Source: Octopus vulgaris (taxonomy: Eukaryota). From it: a stretch of DNA of 64,000 nt. The notes under the pieces were generated by a model. It made no database searches and was not told the origin of the DNA. It saw only the letters and a list, made by a program, of their open reading frames with translations. The DNA lies in NCBI GenBank assembly GCA_951406725.2, contig OX597820.1:55924001-55988000 (forward strand), in the 5' to 3' direction. A program made the translations under genes and the position numbers. Positions 1 to 13,397 of the stretch are shown here, piece after piece. How positions within the stretch are numbered: the first letter of the stretch is position 1; every line of letters starts with the position of its first letter.

Positions 1-1022
1 AACTAAACACACGTAGTTGTTCCTCCCTGGAACATTGACTTTCTGGAAAATTCTCTACCTGCACTTTTTGACTTGCAATAGTTCGTGTGGAACATTAATA
101 GCATCATTTCATTAATCTCAAAGGCTATGGGCATTGTCTCTTCCTTTAGATCTAACAAATAAAAAAAATGGAGGAGAAATGTCTCCAATCACCATTGGCA
201 ACTTTTGTTGGTACTCCCCCCAATAGCAAGAATATACTAACACAGTTCTTTGAAGGAGTAACAAGAATTTTCTCATTATTTATATTTGACGGATAATTTT
301 CTCTCCCATGAAATAAGAAATCATCTGGTTGATTTGATTTATGTTTAAGGTTAGAGTTAAGTTTCATTTATCTGACAGCCAGTAATAGTTAAATTCTTCA
401 GAAGGCTATTTGGAGTTGAACTAAGAACACAGAGGTATAATATTAAATAGTGCAATTTTTATCGGTGCAGCAATGACCGTATGGTTAATAATGTTATTTT
501 GAAAATAAGTGTCTTCTATTATAACCTTGGGTTAATTAAAAGCTTGTGGTTGAAATTTTGCCAGATGGAAATTCTGTGAGAGCCAACTGGAAGGACTGTT
601 CTTGTTTTTGTTTGGAAGACTGCATCTGTCAATTGGTTTCACAAACACCATTTTGCTCTCAGGTGTCCTTAGTGACATCCACTCTGTTGCATTCATTCAG
701 GCGAGGTCTCTGAAAAATATCCCGTGTCCAAACTTTCTTCCTCGAACAAAGCCATACACACTCGCACACAATTTTGCAATTCTAGTGTCTTTGATAACTC
801 GGTATCCTTTCTAATAGTGTATATGTTATGATCCACAATACTTCTAAATTTTTTTAATAACTATTCAACTGGAAAAGATTTTTTTACACAATTTCTAAGA
901 TTGCTTAGAAACAAAGTACAATAAAAGAAAATAATTACTCTATAGAGATTTCATAAATAAATAGATAAATACAATATTTTAATTTTGATTATGAAATTTA
1001 ATTAGAACTAAGGGCCAAAACA

Positions 1023-1477
1023 TTATAGATACAAAGCATCTGAGTTGCATACATCAGTAACATCTGAAATGATGGAACTGAGAGTGAGTTCATCAGCTTT
1101 CGGCCGACTTGGTTTCTTGCTTAACAACATCAATGTAAACAAGACGGGTAAGTGTAGCAAAGTGAAGCGGAAGAGATTCCGAGAAGATTTGCTATCACCC
1201 TCTTTGTAGAATCTCCAGCCTAGATAGGTGAGATAAAAGTTCAAGGGTAGAGAATCAATGACAAACATCCAAGTGGTTAGTTCTGCAAATGGCGCCAAGA
1301 TGCTGAGGACTGTTGTTGCTGCACAGTAGCGAAAGGCAACTCGTCGGCAAAGGCTGGGGTTCATTACAGATGTCATGCAATAGCCTCCGCGTGAATAGTC
1401 TGCACGAAGGTTCCAACTGAGAGCGTTGAAGTGAGGAAACTGCCAAGCATACATGACTGCACCAAGTAACCAGGCAC
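1023..1477 (-). CDS. COX10: COX10 terminal coding exon ([22 protein letters not shown]...DALYL*)
   Basis: ttcctag acceptor, [11 protein letters not shown] and DYSRGGY motifs, TAA at 1025-1023. Exon phases are consistent along the whole chain (1464 nt, 487 aa). Confidence 0.97.
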
Positions 1478-2939
1478 CTAGGAAAATATAAGTAAAAATG
1501 AGGTTAAATTCTAAAGGAGTATTTGAGTGAAAAAACAATAATTTACTGTGTCATTTAAATTTTATGCAGCTGACATCTAGCTCAGATAATAGTAAGCTAG
1601 AGAGTCATTGATTTACATTTTACACTTGCATGCTAATTAAATAAGTACCATGAGATTAATTAGGTGCAAGAGTATTATATAATTAATAAATGTTTCATTA
1701 ACTGGCTGTAAGTCATATGAATCAAGAGGAAGCAATAGAAAAGCACTAGCAAATATCCTTGCTTCAGGTAGAAGTTACAAAGACAGTAAATAAATGATCG
1801 AAATCTTTAAATTCATTTTCTCTTTTTTGCATTAACAAGGAAATATTCATAAGGCCAAATTTAAACAACTTTTGGAGAAGTCATCATTACTATCACTGTT
1901 GTTTAAACATCAGTTTCCAAGCTGGTACATGTTGGATGAGTTCACAGTACAGCATGCTGTTACTCTCCTACATCTTGTGTCATCCAATCTGCAAGCTCTA
2001 ACATCCCAAAAGCAAACCTCACCACTATTTGTTATGCCTTATTTCATCATCTATGTGAATATTCCACATACCAGCACAGTAAAATCTGCAGAAGAGATTT
2101 TAATACCCAGTTGCTCTCTCTCAGCTCACTTTGTGCTCTACTCTTCAAAGCATGGGTAAGACAGACTTAAAGATATATGTTAATGTAGCAGCATCAAAAA
2201 ATGTCATGAAATGATACCAGGGTTTCATCATCATTCCCACCTATTAGTACCAATCTCCTCCACATAGTCTCATTTACTAGATTGTACATTAAATATTTAC
2301 TTTGATCAAATTTTCTTTTCCTAGAAGTACATCCCTTGAAACTCCCTTTTATGCTATAAATATAACCCAAATCCCTCAAAACCTATCCTACTGCCTTACA
2401 GGAAGGACATATTAGACAGTGTAGTTATAGATACAGAGAATGGCAGGACGGTCAGGGCTTACATAGGTCTGCACAATCAAGGCTGATCAATGATTAAATA
2501 ACAGACTCTTCCAAGCCTTTCTATCCTCTTTCAGAAAACTAGAGAGTACCCAACATCCTTTAATTAAACAATATAAGATATAACCTGGAATAGAGTTGAA
2601 TAAAGTAAAGGATGAACTGAGTTTGGTATTGTGATAGGAAGAATGTAGTATGGAACCGAGTTCAATAAGTAAATAGATCAGTTACATAAACAGGATTAAA
2701 GTAGCAGGTTTATTTATGTAAGTTACACAGTTCTCTCTCTTATTTCTGTCATTAAGCTTAAAGAATAATAGTGAGCTGATAAGAGAACAGAGTAGAGCAA
2801 TAGAAGAACAAGAAGAGAGAGAGAGAGAGAGAGAGAGAGAAGGGCAGATAGGGAAATGAGAAAAGAAAGGTGTGAACATAATGATATATATCGAGATGAA
2901 AGTAACATATGAATTAAAAAAAATTGTATCAAAATTTAC

Positions 2940-3172
2940 CTGTGGACAGGTCACCTGTACAGGCTGCCCAACCCATCATAGGTGGTATGGCTCCAACAAG
3001 AGAACCAACCCAAGTATTTGCAATGCTTGTCCGTTTCATTGGTGTATAGACTAATGTGTACAAGCCAAGGTTCATTAAGCCGAGGTAAGCTGTCAAAGAA
3101 TTAACTCCTGAACTAAGAATGACCATTCCTGTTAAACCAGTGGCTGTTGCAAATAGGACTGCATGGAGTGGA
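2940..3172 (-). CDS. COX10: COX10 coding exon (PLHAVLF...[36 protein letters not shown])
   Basis: ttttacag acceptor, G|gtaaat donor, 233 nt. YTP.KR...NTWVG..VGAIPP.MGW signature. Confidence 0.97.
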
Positions 3173-3631
3173 CTGTAAAATAAAATAAAAATATAAATCA
3201 AACTGACAGTCAGATCAGAAAAAGAAAATTACAATATGAAAAACCCCAGTGTTTTATCAATTTGATAAATTATAATCCCACACTATTTCTCTAATAGGCA
3301 TAAGCATGGCTGTGTGATAAATTTACTTGGTTTTGGGTTCAGACTGTGTGGCACCTTGGGCAAATGTCTTCTACTATAGCCTGGGCTAACCAGAGCCTTG
3401 TGAGTAGATCTGGTAGATGAAAACTAGATGAAGTCCATCATATATCATGTGTGTGTGCATGCATGTGTAACTATCTCCTTGCCATGACATTGTAAGCAAG
3501 TGTCACCATCATGTAAGCAGTGTCTTTCATTCCCAGTCTTCTGAAACATATCTGATCATGGGAAAACAAGTGAAGGTTGCCAACAGGAAATGTATCCAGC
3601 CATAGAAAATCTATCATCATCGTTAGAAAGA

Positions 3632-3975
3632 CATCATCATCATCATCGTTTAACGTCCGTTCTCCATGCTAGCATGGGTTGGACGGTTCGACCGGGGTCT
3701 GGGAAGCCAGGAGGCTGCATCAGGCTCCAGTCTGATCTGGCAGTGTTTCTACAGCTGGATGCCCTTCCTAACGCCAACCACTCCGTGAGTGTAGTGGGTG
3801 CTTTTTATGTGCCTCCGGTACAGGGGCCAGGGGAGGCTGGAAAACGGCCACAATCGGTTGGTGCTTTTAAGTGTCACTGACAAGGACGCCAGTCAAGACG
3901 GTGCTGGCATCTGCCATGTTCAGACAGTGCTTTTTACGTGTCACCGGCACGGGTATCTTAACTACAATTTGGTAT
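3632..3975 (-). mobile_element. Third SINE family with (GAT)n tail and aggaagggcatccagc core (also ~7740, 22380-22820, 25275-25745, 41835-42550, 55432-55760, 57910)
   Basis: Near-identical blocks that give the recurring spurious ORF HASMGWTVRPGSGKPGGC; variable numbers of internal ~50-60-bp tandem units. Confidence 0.88.
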
Positions 3976-4768
3976 CTTATCTCAAACATATTCTGTTCAA
4001 CCAAATCAAACATGGAAAAGTGGACATTAAAACAGTGATGATGATGCAATGTTATGTATGCTGGTAATAAAATCTCACAATTCTCATGAATGACAAGAGC
4101 CAACTCTAGCAGGGCCCCTCCTGACACCTTATTACAATTCACCTTTATCTGGTGACCTTTTCATGTGAAATCTCATATACTTAAATATTGTCAAAACTGA
4201 GATTTGGATTTGGTTAGCTTTCCTTTGAACTATTTTAGATCCATACAGGATGTGTATTGGCAGAATCATTAGAAGAGTGCTCTGTGGCACTAAATTACAG
4301 CCCTATATGTTCTGAGTTCAAATCCTGCAAGGATCAGTGGTATAAAGTACCGGTCATGTACTGGAGTCAATTTAATCAACACTATCTTCCTTCAAAATGT
4401 ATGGCTTTATGCAAATGTTAGAAATTAATATCCTAAGTTTAATGATTTCCAATCAAGTAGAACCATGTTGGTGATTTAAAACACAAACATGTCAACAAGG
4501 GAGCAGCTACATGATCACTTGCCTTGCAAGAAATAGCAGTTGCCTCCCACCCAATTATATTTAAAAAGGAAGGTCACATTGGATGATGTTCTAAATATAC
4601 TATGTATGAAGAAAAAGAGAGGATGATCACAGCTGGAACCCTTTTGATCACAAGTCTACTTAAATGTTGTGAACCTGGAGTTAAAACAACACATGCTGTT
4701 ATACCCATTTCTGTATTTTTGAAGGTGTCATCATTCCCATCTTTTTAAAGCCTGAAACTTTGCCTTAC

Positions 4769-4839
4769 CTGAGGTAACCTCGTACTAATACACGGTTTCT
4801 GGTTCTGTTCATCTGTGCATCAAATGGCACTTCAAAGAA
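4769..4839 (-). CDS. COX10: COX10 coding exon (FFEVPFDAQMNRTRNRVLVRGYLS)
   Basis: tttcag acceptor, AG|gtaagg donor, 71 nt. Conserved FFEVPFD..M.RT.NR.LVRG motif. Confidence 0.97.
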
Positions 4840-5795
4840 CTGAAACATAAAAATGAATTTAAATATTAACAGGAAAGAAAAAAGAAAAAAAAAAACAAGG
4901 CAATGTATATGGATTGTATCAGGATTAGTGGTGGTGTAAGTCACAGAGATAACCATTATGATAGGACATGTATTTGGATGGCATCAGAGGTACTGCCAGT
5001 GTGAATTAGAGAGGTCACAGCTAATGGTTTGGATATGTAATATATACAGGATGATGTCAGATAGTTGTAGTTGTATGTCATAAATCCCTGAGATGGTATA
5101 GGCATGTAATGTTTATAAATGTTATTGGATGCAGTTGCTATGCATATATACAAAGCATATGCACACATGCAGTGACTATACCTTGTAGAGGCTACTGTGA
5201 TGGTAAGGGCATGTGATGTGTATAAATGGTATTGTCTGGTGTATAAGAGGAGAACAGAATGAGACCACTGTTATAGCAAGTACATGTGATATGTATGGTT
5301 GGTAAGAGAATAATAGTTGATAGATGTAAGGAAGATGATGCAAGGTGTGTGTTTGATTATAAATAAAAACACTTTAACTGTTGATAGTAAAGGGTAACTG
5401 AAATAGACACAGGTGAAGAGATATTTAAGAATTAGTTAGATCAGAACCAAAATTGGATAAAATCAAGAATCCAAGGAAACTGGTAATGGCAAAAATTTGT
5501 CCAAAGAAGTTTATAAAGGTTCAAGTAAAATTACTGTGATGAATAAAGAATGTCACATTGAAACTTTTGTCCCTTAGCCCTTTGTCTAAGAATAATGAAA
5601 AGGTGTTGTTGCTTTGATTTTAGATAAGTGGAGGAATTCAAGTGAAGAAGTGATACAAAAAAGCTGAAAGAGAGAATGAGAGGTGGTGTGAGAAGGTCAG
5701 TAAAGGCAAGGAAACTAAAATTAAAAAAGAAAGGTATAAAGAGCCAATTCTTTAAGCCAGACAAATAAATGAAATAAAAATAAAATTTCACCGAC

Positions 5796-5920
5796 CTGAT
5801 TTATAGAATTAGCTGATGCAGACATGAGGCCAGTTCCAAGGGTACACAGAAGGAAGGTACTTAAATGGAAAGGAGCAGGCGCAAGAGCATATCCAGCCAT
5901 TGAAGAAATTACTACCAAAC
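5796..5920 (-). CDS. COX10: COX10 coding exon ([15 protein letters not shown]...ASANSINQ)
   Basis: ctttcag acceptor, CAG|gtcgg donor, 125 nt. UbiA-family segment ending NSINQ. Confidence 0.96.
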
Positions 5921-6184
5921 CTGAAAGATAAAAAGTCTACCAGTAAATCTATGATGATGTTTTGATGCAAGTCTGTTAAATTCATCTTCCATTTCGGTCT
6001 TGTGGTCTTCTTAAAAAGTTATAAATACTAAAATTATATTAGACTAAGATGCGGTTGTGTGGTTAATATTCAAGTTAGCATAATCTATTCTATACAAGTT
6101 GACATAAAAGCAAAAAAAATTATGTAAAACCTAACAGGACAAAACAAAAAGCCCATGAATATGAATATATAGGAAGGTAGTTAC

Positions 6185-6635
6185 CTGTTAATCTAATTTT
6201 GGCAAGTTGCATATACTGATTTGGTATTTTCCATAAATAGATTTTTTGCTCCATCCACATTCGATCTTGTATAGATTCAATTTTTTCTGTTGGCATTTGA
6301 AATTCCTCATTATCAGTTTCAGGTGGCAGCTCAATGCGAACCACCTCTTTTGTGGCTGGAAGGAATAAATGGAGATATTTGCTGTTGGGGGCCAATTTAA
6401 CATCAATGAGTCTGTTTAAGTGGGGTACAAAGATTGACACTGTGTTATCATACTGGAAATCAGTATTATCGTCTTTACAATATGTTGTTAAATTATCACC
6501 AGCAGCCAGTTTGGCATGTAAGTTTTTAGTCTGTGTTATGTGAGGGGCTTGGAAAAATAGTGGTTCTTTTAAAGGAACGGGAACTAAGAGATCATCATCA
6601 TTGTCAGAAATTTTTGCTGCAGACTGTGTTCCATA
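6185..6635 (-). CDS. COX10: COX10 coding exon (YGTQSAA...MQLAKIRLT)
   Basis: tttacag acceptor, 451-nt open frame, G|gtaac donor. Ends in LAKIRLT, resembling human COX10 LSKIKLT. Confidence 0.9.
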
Positions 6636-9600
6636 CTGTAAAGAGAGAAATAAGTTTTATGAAAATAATTAGATTTAATAAAACAATTCTATCATTACAA
6701 ATAGATTAGGAATTATAAAGTTTAATAAAAGCAGATCTTACAGTTTTACTGATGTAAGACTTTCATCATAATTTTATGTGCCAGCTTAATAATATAGTCA
6801 TTTAACTAAATTCCATCAAATTCTTGATTATTTTCAGATGTTAACTAAACACATAAGTAAAGTAACTTGTGACAAATATGGTCATCATTTAAAATCTATG
6901 TTCCATGCCAGCACGGATTGGATAGTTTAACAGGGTCTGCTGGATCCAAAGACCAGATCATGCTTCAGTGTTTGACATGGTTTCAATAGCTGGATGCCCT
7001 TCCTAATGCCAACCACTTTACAGCATGTACTAGGTACATTTTTGAGCCACTACCGCAAGCTCCTACAAACACAAACATCCTGGACTGCATCCAGAAAAAA
7101 GCCACTAAGCAGCTGATTGGCATCAAATCACTAAGCAGCTGATTGGCATCAAACATACTCCAGCCTCTGATCCACAGGGGTTCTTTCTCCTCTCACTGCC
7201 TTTTCTATCACTACTATAATGGCCTCTGATCCTTGGAGTTAGCTGGTCTTGTACCTCCCCCATTCAGGAACTTCTGACCCACTCATTTCTCTTCTTTCCA
7301 TTCCCCTAGTTGTGTCCACAATGTTTTAAGCTCTGCACAAACCACTACACCCAATCCTTCCTTGCTAGATCTAGATCTTTTCCCAGGTTACATCTTTCTT
7401 ACAAGTGTTAACTTACAAAGTTTCAAGAGAAAGAGAAAGATCTTGAAGGATCTGCAAAAATCAAGAGTACTACCTTTTTCTCAAGACCCATCAAATGTAT
7501 AAAATAACATATAAAGAATATAGATGAAAGGAGATAACAAAATACTTGGTGCTATTTTTGTTATGTCCCTTTATATTCTGAATTCAGATCCCAACTAAAT
7601 GTATGGATTACATCTAGTTATTTGGCAGATAATCTACATGCTATGGGGCTACTTATAATTGTACAACCAATGAACTACACTAACCCGATTCTTCCCAACT
7701 GTCATGGAACTTTTAAATTTGAGACAGCAATGTGATCAATACCAGGGCTGCCTGACTGGCTCCTGTGCCAGTGGTATGTAAAAAGCATCCACTACACTCA
7801 CAGAGTGGTTGGCGTTAGGAAGGGCATCCAGCAGTAGAAACATTGCTAGGTCAGATAGGAGCCTGGTGCAGCCACTGGCTTTCTAGACCAACCCATGCCA
7901 GGATGGAAAAAGGAATGTTAAACGATATTGATGATGATAATGATGACGAAGGAAGCCTCAATCTTTCAGGCAAATTTTTCTCAAAACACACCCTACTGTG
8001 TTAAATAAGGCAAGACACCTTAAATAATGTAGTCCTAGATACTCCTACAGAGACTCTGTTATGGCTAGAATACCTTTGATGATGGATCACCTAGGGAACT
8101 AAGCATTAGCGACAGTAGTCACTACTTATGCTTCAATATTAGACGGCATCACCTTTCTTAAGTACATTGCTAATCATCTATGATTAAAAATGTTCCAACC
8201 GTAACCATCCCGCCAATTTAGGAGTATGTCTTGGATGAAAAAATGAAATATGTCCTAGGCTTATTTAAAATGGCAAAGTGTGACTTGAATAAGATTTAGC
8301 TGCTATTTCTAACATGTCGAGCAACCCTGTATAGGTTCTTCGTTAAGAGACGTGCCATGTCCACCACCACACCCATAAAAACTTGTCACTATATTCTGTC
8401 TCTAGATTTAGCTATATTACGATGGCAAGAATGTAACCGTTTTCTGTGAGCTATTTCAGGAATCCGATGTCTTCAATTACTGCTCCTGTTAGATGCAAAA
8501 CTAACAAGGTTCCTACTTCACCGTTTATACACCCATTATTTGTACGAGCTAAAGCATACTGAGCTTTTATATACCCTTCTCCTGTATATTATGCATTGAT
8601 ACGTCCTTGATGTTGTTCGATATTCGTGGCCTCTTGTTTTGACCATATAGATACACCAATAGGTATATGCTTGTTGTTAATATATATCATATAGGTACAT
8701 ATTAAGCACTGAACGTATCATATGGATACATTTTAGGTACTGAACATATTTAATGAATTCATTGTTATCAAGGAAGTTTGGTGGTGTATGATGAATTTAA
8801 TAGGGACATAACTTGTTGTACACTAACCATAACACGTTGCCCTTCTAGATACTGATGGTCACTCGTCTTAGAAAAAACTAGATGATCTGGTGTTAATTCC
8901 GAGGAGTCCGGTGAAGCAGTGTAAATGGTTTTGCTCAAGACATTGAAAGAAGCTAGAAAGTTATGATTTAATTCAGTTTAGTCGTCAATGACCTCTGCTT
9001 GGATACAATGTTTTTTCTTTTCACACAAACACACACACAATTATAATATCAGCTATTAAGGCAGGATAAATTAGTAGGAAAGAAGTTCTAATAATTGAAT
9101 ATCTGATACAAAAAACTGCGTAGGTGTCACAATTTTGACGGATAAAAAATTCAATGAAACTGATTTGACCTTATAGTGAAACTAAAGTATTTTATAGAAT
9201 GTCCTTGGAAATGAGTGAACTTGAAAGAGTTCTCAACAGCAGGTTTAAATAATCATTAAAAAATTAAAAATATAAAATAGGGACAAACAAAATGTTTTAA
9301 AATGAATATTGTTTGTCTAAATTGTCGATATTGGAAGATTTCGTGAGGTATGAAATTATTTTATCAGGATACCTTTAGAGAAAAACAAGATAGGTGAAGG
9401 CAAAAACTGGAATGTGAAAATCTCATTAGCAATGAAGGACGTAGTTATATTCAAAGAGTTAACATACGAGACCAACGGACAAAATAAAGTGTTCGAATGC
9501 AAATAAAACTTATTAACACATTATTAATACTAATCATTAGTGACAAACATTTATTTATAAAAGCAATTTGTTTAGAACACAAGTTTAATGGTCGGTAAAC

Positions 9601-9880
9601 ATTAAACTGATCAATTTTTATTTTACTTCGTCTTTGTCTTTATAAATATTATCAATGGATTTTTTAGTTCCCCCAGTTGTCCCCTCTGATTCATCTACAG
9701 ATGTGCAGATAGAGAAAATGCATACAAAAAGCTTGAAAATATTACTTTTTCTTTCGTAACGTGTCATAAGTTGAACAAAAATGAAATAATGCCATATATA
9801 TTATGAAATTACACTGCTTGAAGTATGTGTGCTTTGACAGAAAATCAAAAATCAAAATCAAAATTCATTATTTTACTCAC

Positions 9881-10009
9881 AGGGTGGCTGCAGGAATTAT
9901 GAATTACATCTAAAGGTCGGTGATATGTTGCCAGAACAGAAAGTAAACTGGACTTCCTTGGAAGTTGCGTGTTCCCCAAACGGCAGAGAAGAGCTTTAGA
10001 AATATTCAT
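9881..10009 (-). CDS. COX10: COX10 coding exon 1 (putative mitochondrial presequence, MNISKALLCRLGNTQLPRKSSLLSVLATYHRPLDVIHNSCSHP)
   Basis: ATG at 10009-10007, 129-nt open frame ending at a GTGAGT donor in phase 0, which matches the phase-0 acceptor at 6635. Peptide is rich in R/K/S/L and poor in acidic residues. Lies at the edge of a CpG-enriched region. Confidence 0.7.
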
Positions 10010-10700
10010 TGTTGGCACTTAAGGGAAGATGTGGCGATTTATTTTAACAGAAGATAGTAATGACGATAATTCTCAAAACTGAAATCAATTTGAAAGACAA
10101 TTTAAATTAGTAAACTGCCACTGTTCGAGACTAATGTGTCATAAAGTTTGGTCAACGCATGACCCATGTGAGAGACCCAAGCATAGTTTGTTCGTGAAGG
10201 ACAGTTTCCGAATAATTCTTTTACTTGTTAGCAGTTGATTGTATAAGATTTTCTCCATGCGAAACGGTTGATTGTTGAGTGGAAACATTTTTCACAGAAT
10301 TTTAGAAACATTCGTTTCTGGCGATCCCTTTGAAAATAATTCCAACAACCGAAGCGGCCGCCGCCACATTGACTTCTGCTATAAAGGTGTCTAGGTTGGA
10401 TAACTCTAAAACACCGAAATGGAGAAATTGCTAGGATTGAATTTTCGTTTCGCGAGCGGACAGACAGTTAAGATGATTGAAGAAAAATACCAGAGTGGAG
10501 AGTTTTGCATAAAACTATACAAATATGGATAGAAGGAGTCTGGTCTATAATTCATCGAATGTGTTTTTTTTTTACTCAATCTATCAAATAGTTGAGATGC
10601 TACCGTATTTGTATTTTGAACGGAGAACACTTTCTGCGGTGTTTTCCTTCAACCACATTATTGATATCCCTAGTCAGCTCTACTACATTACCTTTATTTT
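9950..10700. promoter_or_regulatory. Putative COX10 promoter / 5' UTR region, CpG-enriched
   Basis: Visible local excess of CpG (e.g. gaagcggccgccgcc at ~10351-10365) in CpG-depleted surroundings, directly upstream of the COX10 ATG. No SINEs seen here. Confidence 0.55.
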
Positions 10701-11019
10701 TGTATATTCATTTGTAAATTTTGTCAGCTGACTTAAATATGTTTCACTGAAAAATTTTAATGAGATCAACACATTGCTTTCACAAGATTCATTATAACCG
10801 GTAGAGTTTATATTTTCAAAAAAATTTGCCTTAGCCAATATTACTGAAGTTATGTCCCTTGTTTGTTTTTCAGATTTTGAAGTATCCTAGAGAAGGATTG
10901 TCTACCAATTGCTTGGATATTTTCTGTTAATCAAATATTTTCAACATATGTGAGACACTACCATATGAGTATTTAGTATGAAGAATGCTCTGCAGGCGTT
11001 CTAGTTCGGCCACATTGGC

Positions 11020-12385
11020 ACCTTATTGAAAGAGAAAACTGCGATACTTCACAGGTAGGCCGAACATTTTCAACAACTTCTGAATCGGGTCAACTACTCG
11101 GATCCCACAGTACTTGAAAAGATTTCAGATCTTCCTATTCTGACAGAGCTTGACAACCTCCCAACACGCGATGAGGTCCAACGGGCCATTTACGGTCCCC
11201 AAAACAAGAAGTCTCCCAGCGATCAGGAGACCCCTATTGAAATTTACAAGTATGGTGGACTTCACCTCATACCGCATCTTTACTCTTTGTTTCTTCTCTT
11301 TTGGCAGGGAAGACTATACCCGAAAGGTGGAAACACTTCAATATTGTCACAATCTACAAGCACAAGGGAGACCCAGCAGAATGCAGCAAGAGCAGGGTAA
11401 TCTCTCTCTTCTGGATAAGACCGGCAAGATACACTCACGTATTCTCCTCTGACGTCTTCTACTTCATGTTGTCAACCTGGTTATGCCTGAGCATCCGTGT
11501 TGATTTCGACCAGAAAGAAACACTTCTTTCATGATACTTGTGACCCGTCATCTTGAAAAGTATCGTGAACAGCAGTTACGTCTTCATCGATCTAACAAAT
11601 GTGTTTGGCACGGTCAACTGTCATATGTTGTGGCTGCTCGCCAACATTTCTCTCAATCATCCAGAAGTTTCATGATGATATGCAAGCGTGAGTGACACTC
11701 GGTGGTGAAGCCTCGGAACCCTTTGGTGTCCAGGTGGGGGTAAAACAAGGATGCATCCTTGCCCATGTACTGTTTAACATTTACCTGGTGGCTGTAACCC
11801 TTCACTTCAGAAGACAGTTCACCGAAAACGTAATTCGTATCAGGTACCTTTATGACGGCAGCATCTTTAACACTTGCCACCTGCAAGTCACATCAAAAAT
11901 CCTCTCACCCACGGAGTACGAGATTTAGCTGTACCATCTCATACCTCCTCCTCTCTTCAACATATGACTCAATGAACAGTGCATATTTTCGGTTCTGTCT
12001 TCAAGTGAATCATCGAAAAACTGAAGTTCTCCAAGCAGTCTTCTCGTACTCACCTCCCCCTCAGCCCGTCCCTACTGATGGTGCTCTTCTACCATAAACT
12101 CATTCTGCTGTCTGGGAAGTACCATTTCTAACACTGGACTTCTTGATGAGTAGACACTCTGATCAACTTTCGGGAGACTCAGCGAATGAATCTTTCAGAA
12201 CAAGTACAAAAATCAAGCTGTCTGCGTATCCACACTCCTGTACAGGTCTGAGTGCTGGACCCTTTATTGGCGCCAAATCAGACTACTAGAAGCGTTCCAT
12301 ATCAAATCACTCCAAAGTATCTTTGGTCTCACATGGCAGGACAAGGAGCTTCATACCAAAATCCTCCTGGGAGCTGGGATCTACA
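11020..12385 (+). mobile_element. Decayed RTE-clade LINE, reverse-transcriptase region
   Basis: Frameshifted peptides R*AEHFQQLLN, IVTIYKHKGD..EC..SR.ISL, GVKQGCILA.VLFNIYL, LLY.SECWTL...IRLLEAFH; many stops and indels. Confidence 0.9.
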
Positions 12386-12669
12386 GAAGGAAACAACCTC
12401 TAATGGTTGAACAATAATCTCTCTCTCTATATAAAACTGAGAATATGTGTATGTGTCTGTCTGTGTGTTTCCCTAAAACCTGAGAACTACACAACCAATT
12501 TCATTCAAATTTTACACATGCCTTACTTAGGGTCCATGTAGTATCATGGGCAAAAAAAATTGTTTAACTTCTTGCCTAGAGCGAACCTACTGCAATATCA
12601 TATCTTCTCCACTATTTCAGTATTACGTGTTAAAAGTGAAACAAAAACATCTCTCTATTGTATGTATAT

Positions 12670-12736
<67 letters not shown>

Positions 12737-12907
12737 AATCGAGATAAGGGTTGTAAATGCAACCCTCCATGGGATAACATATATCCAATATACTGCTAGT
12801 GAAGTACCCAACAAAGTTAATACATAAATGTTAAGAATTGCGATACAATTAATTCAATTACTGTATTATATGGGCAAAGGTAAAATGTTTTACCACAAAT
12901 TCATAAT

Positions 12908-13310
12908 ACAAAATAAGAAAATGGAGAAATACATCGAAATCAAATATCAATTACCAGATAATACTCAATCACATACTTTATTAAACCACCACATAAGAAA
13001 GTATAAGGTTAAACATAATAATGTAGGGTAAAACAGTGTACACGAAGGAGTGTACATAAAAGAGTAATGTTATACAATAAGTAGAATACGTACAATAGAA
13101 AATAAATATTTATATTTATTTTCTATTATACGTATTCTACTTATTGTATAACATTACTCTTTTATGTACACTCCTTCGTGTACACTGTTTTACCCTACAT
13201 TATTATGTTTAACCTTATAGTTTCCTATGTGGTGGTTTAATAAAGTATGTGATTGAGTATTATCTGGTAATTGATATTTGATTTCAATGTATTTCTCCAT
13301 TTTCTTATTT

Positions 13311-13313
<3 letters not shown>
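12908..13313. repeat. Long inverted repeat, ~200-bp arms, few-nt spacer
   Basis: ORFs 12828(+) and 13190(-) share QNKKMEKYIEIKYQLPDNTQSHTLLNHHI; arms differ by only a few bases. Lies between two (TA)n tracts. Confidence 0.95.

Positions 13314-13397
<84 letters not shown>

Noticed and set aside
1-830. Short ORFs and possible splice sites downstream of COX10 (minus acceptor near 152; plus acceptor near 662)
   Set aside because: No recognisable protein; could be UTR or the edge of a neighbouring gene, and cannot be resolved here.
3590-3880. Recurring peptide HASMGWTVRPGSGKPGGC in several ORFs, suggesting a gene family
   Set aside because: Antisense translation of a high-copy SINE.
4785-4800. 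COX10 NRVL instead of the canonical NRPL
   Set aside because: As I recall, the Val variant also occurs in other invertebrate COX10 proteins, so it is not unusual.
7103-7153. Perfect 25-bp tandem duplication cactaagcagctgattggcatcaaa
   Set aside because: Local slippage at the start of a decayed LINE fragment; no sign of function.
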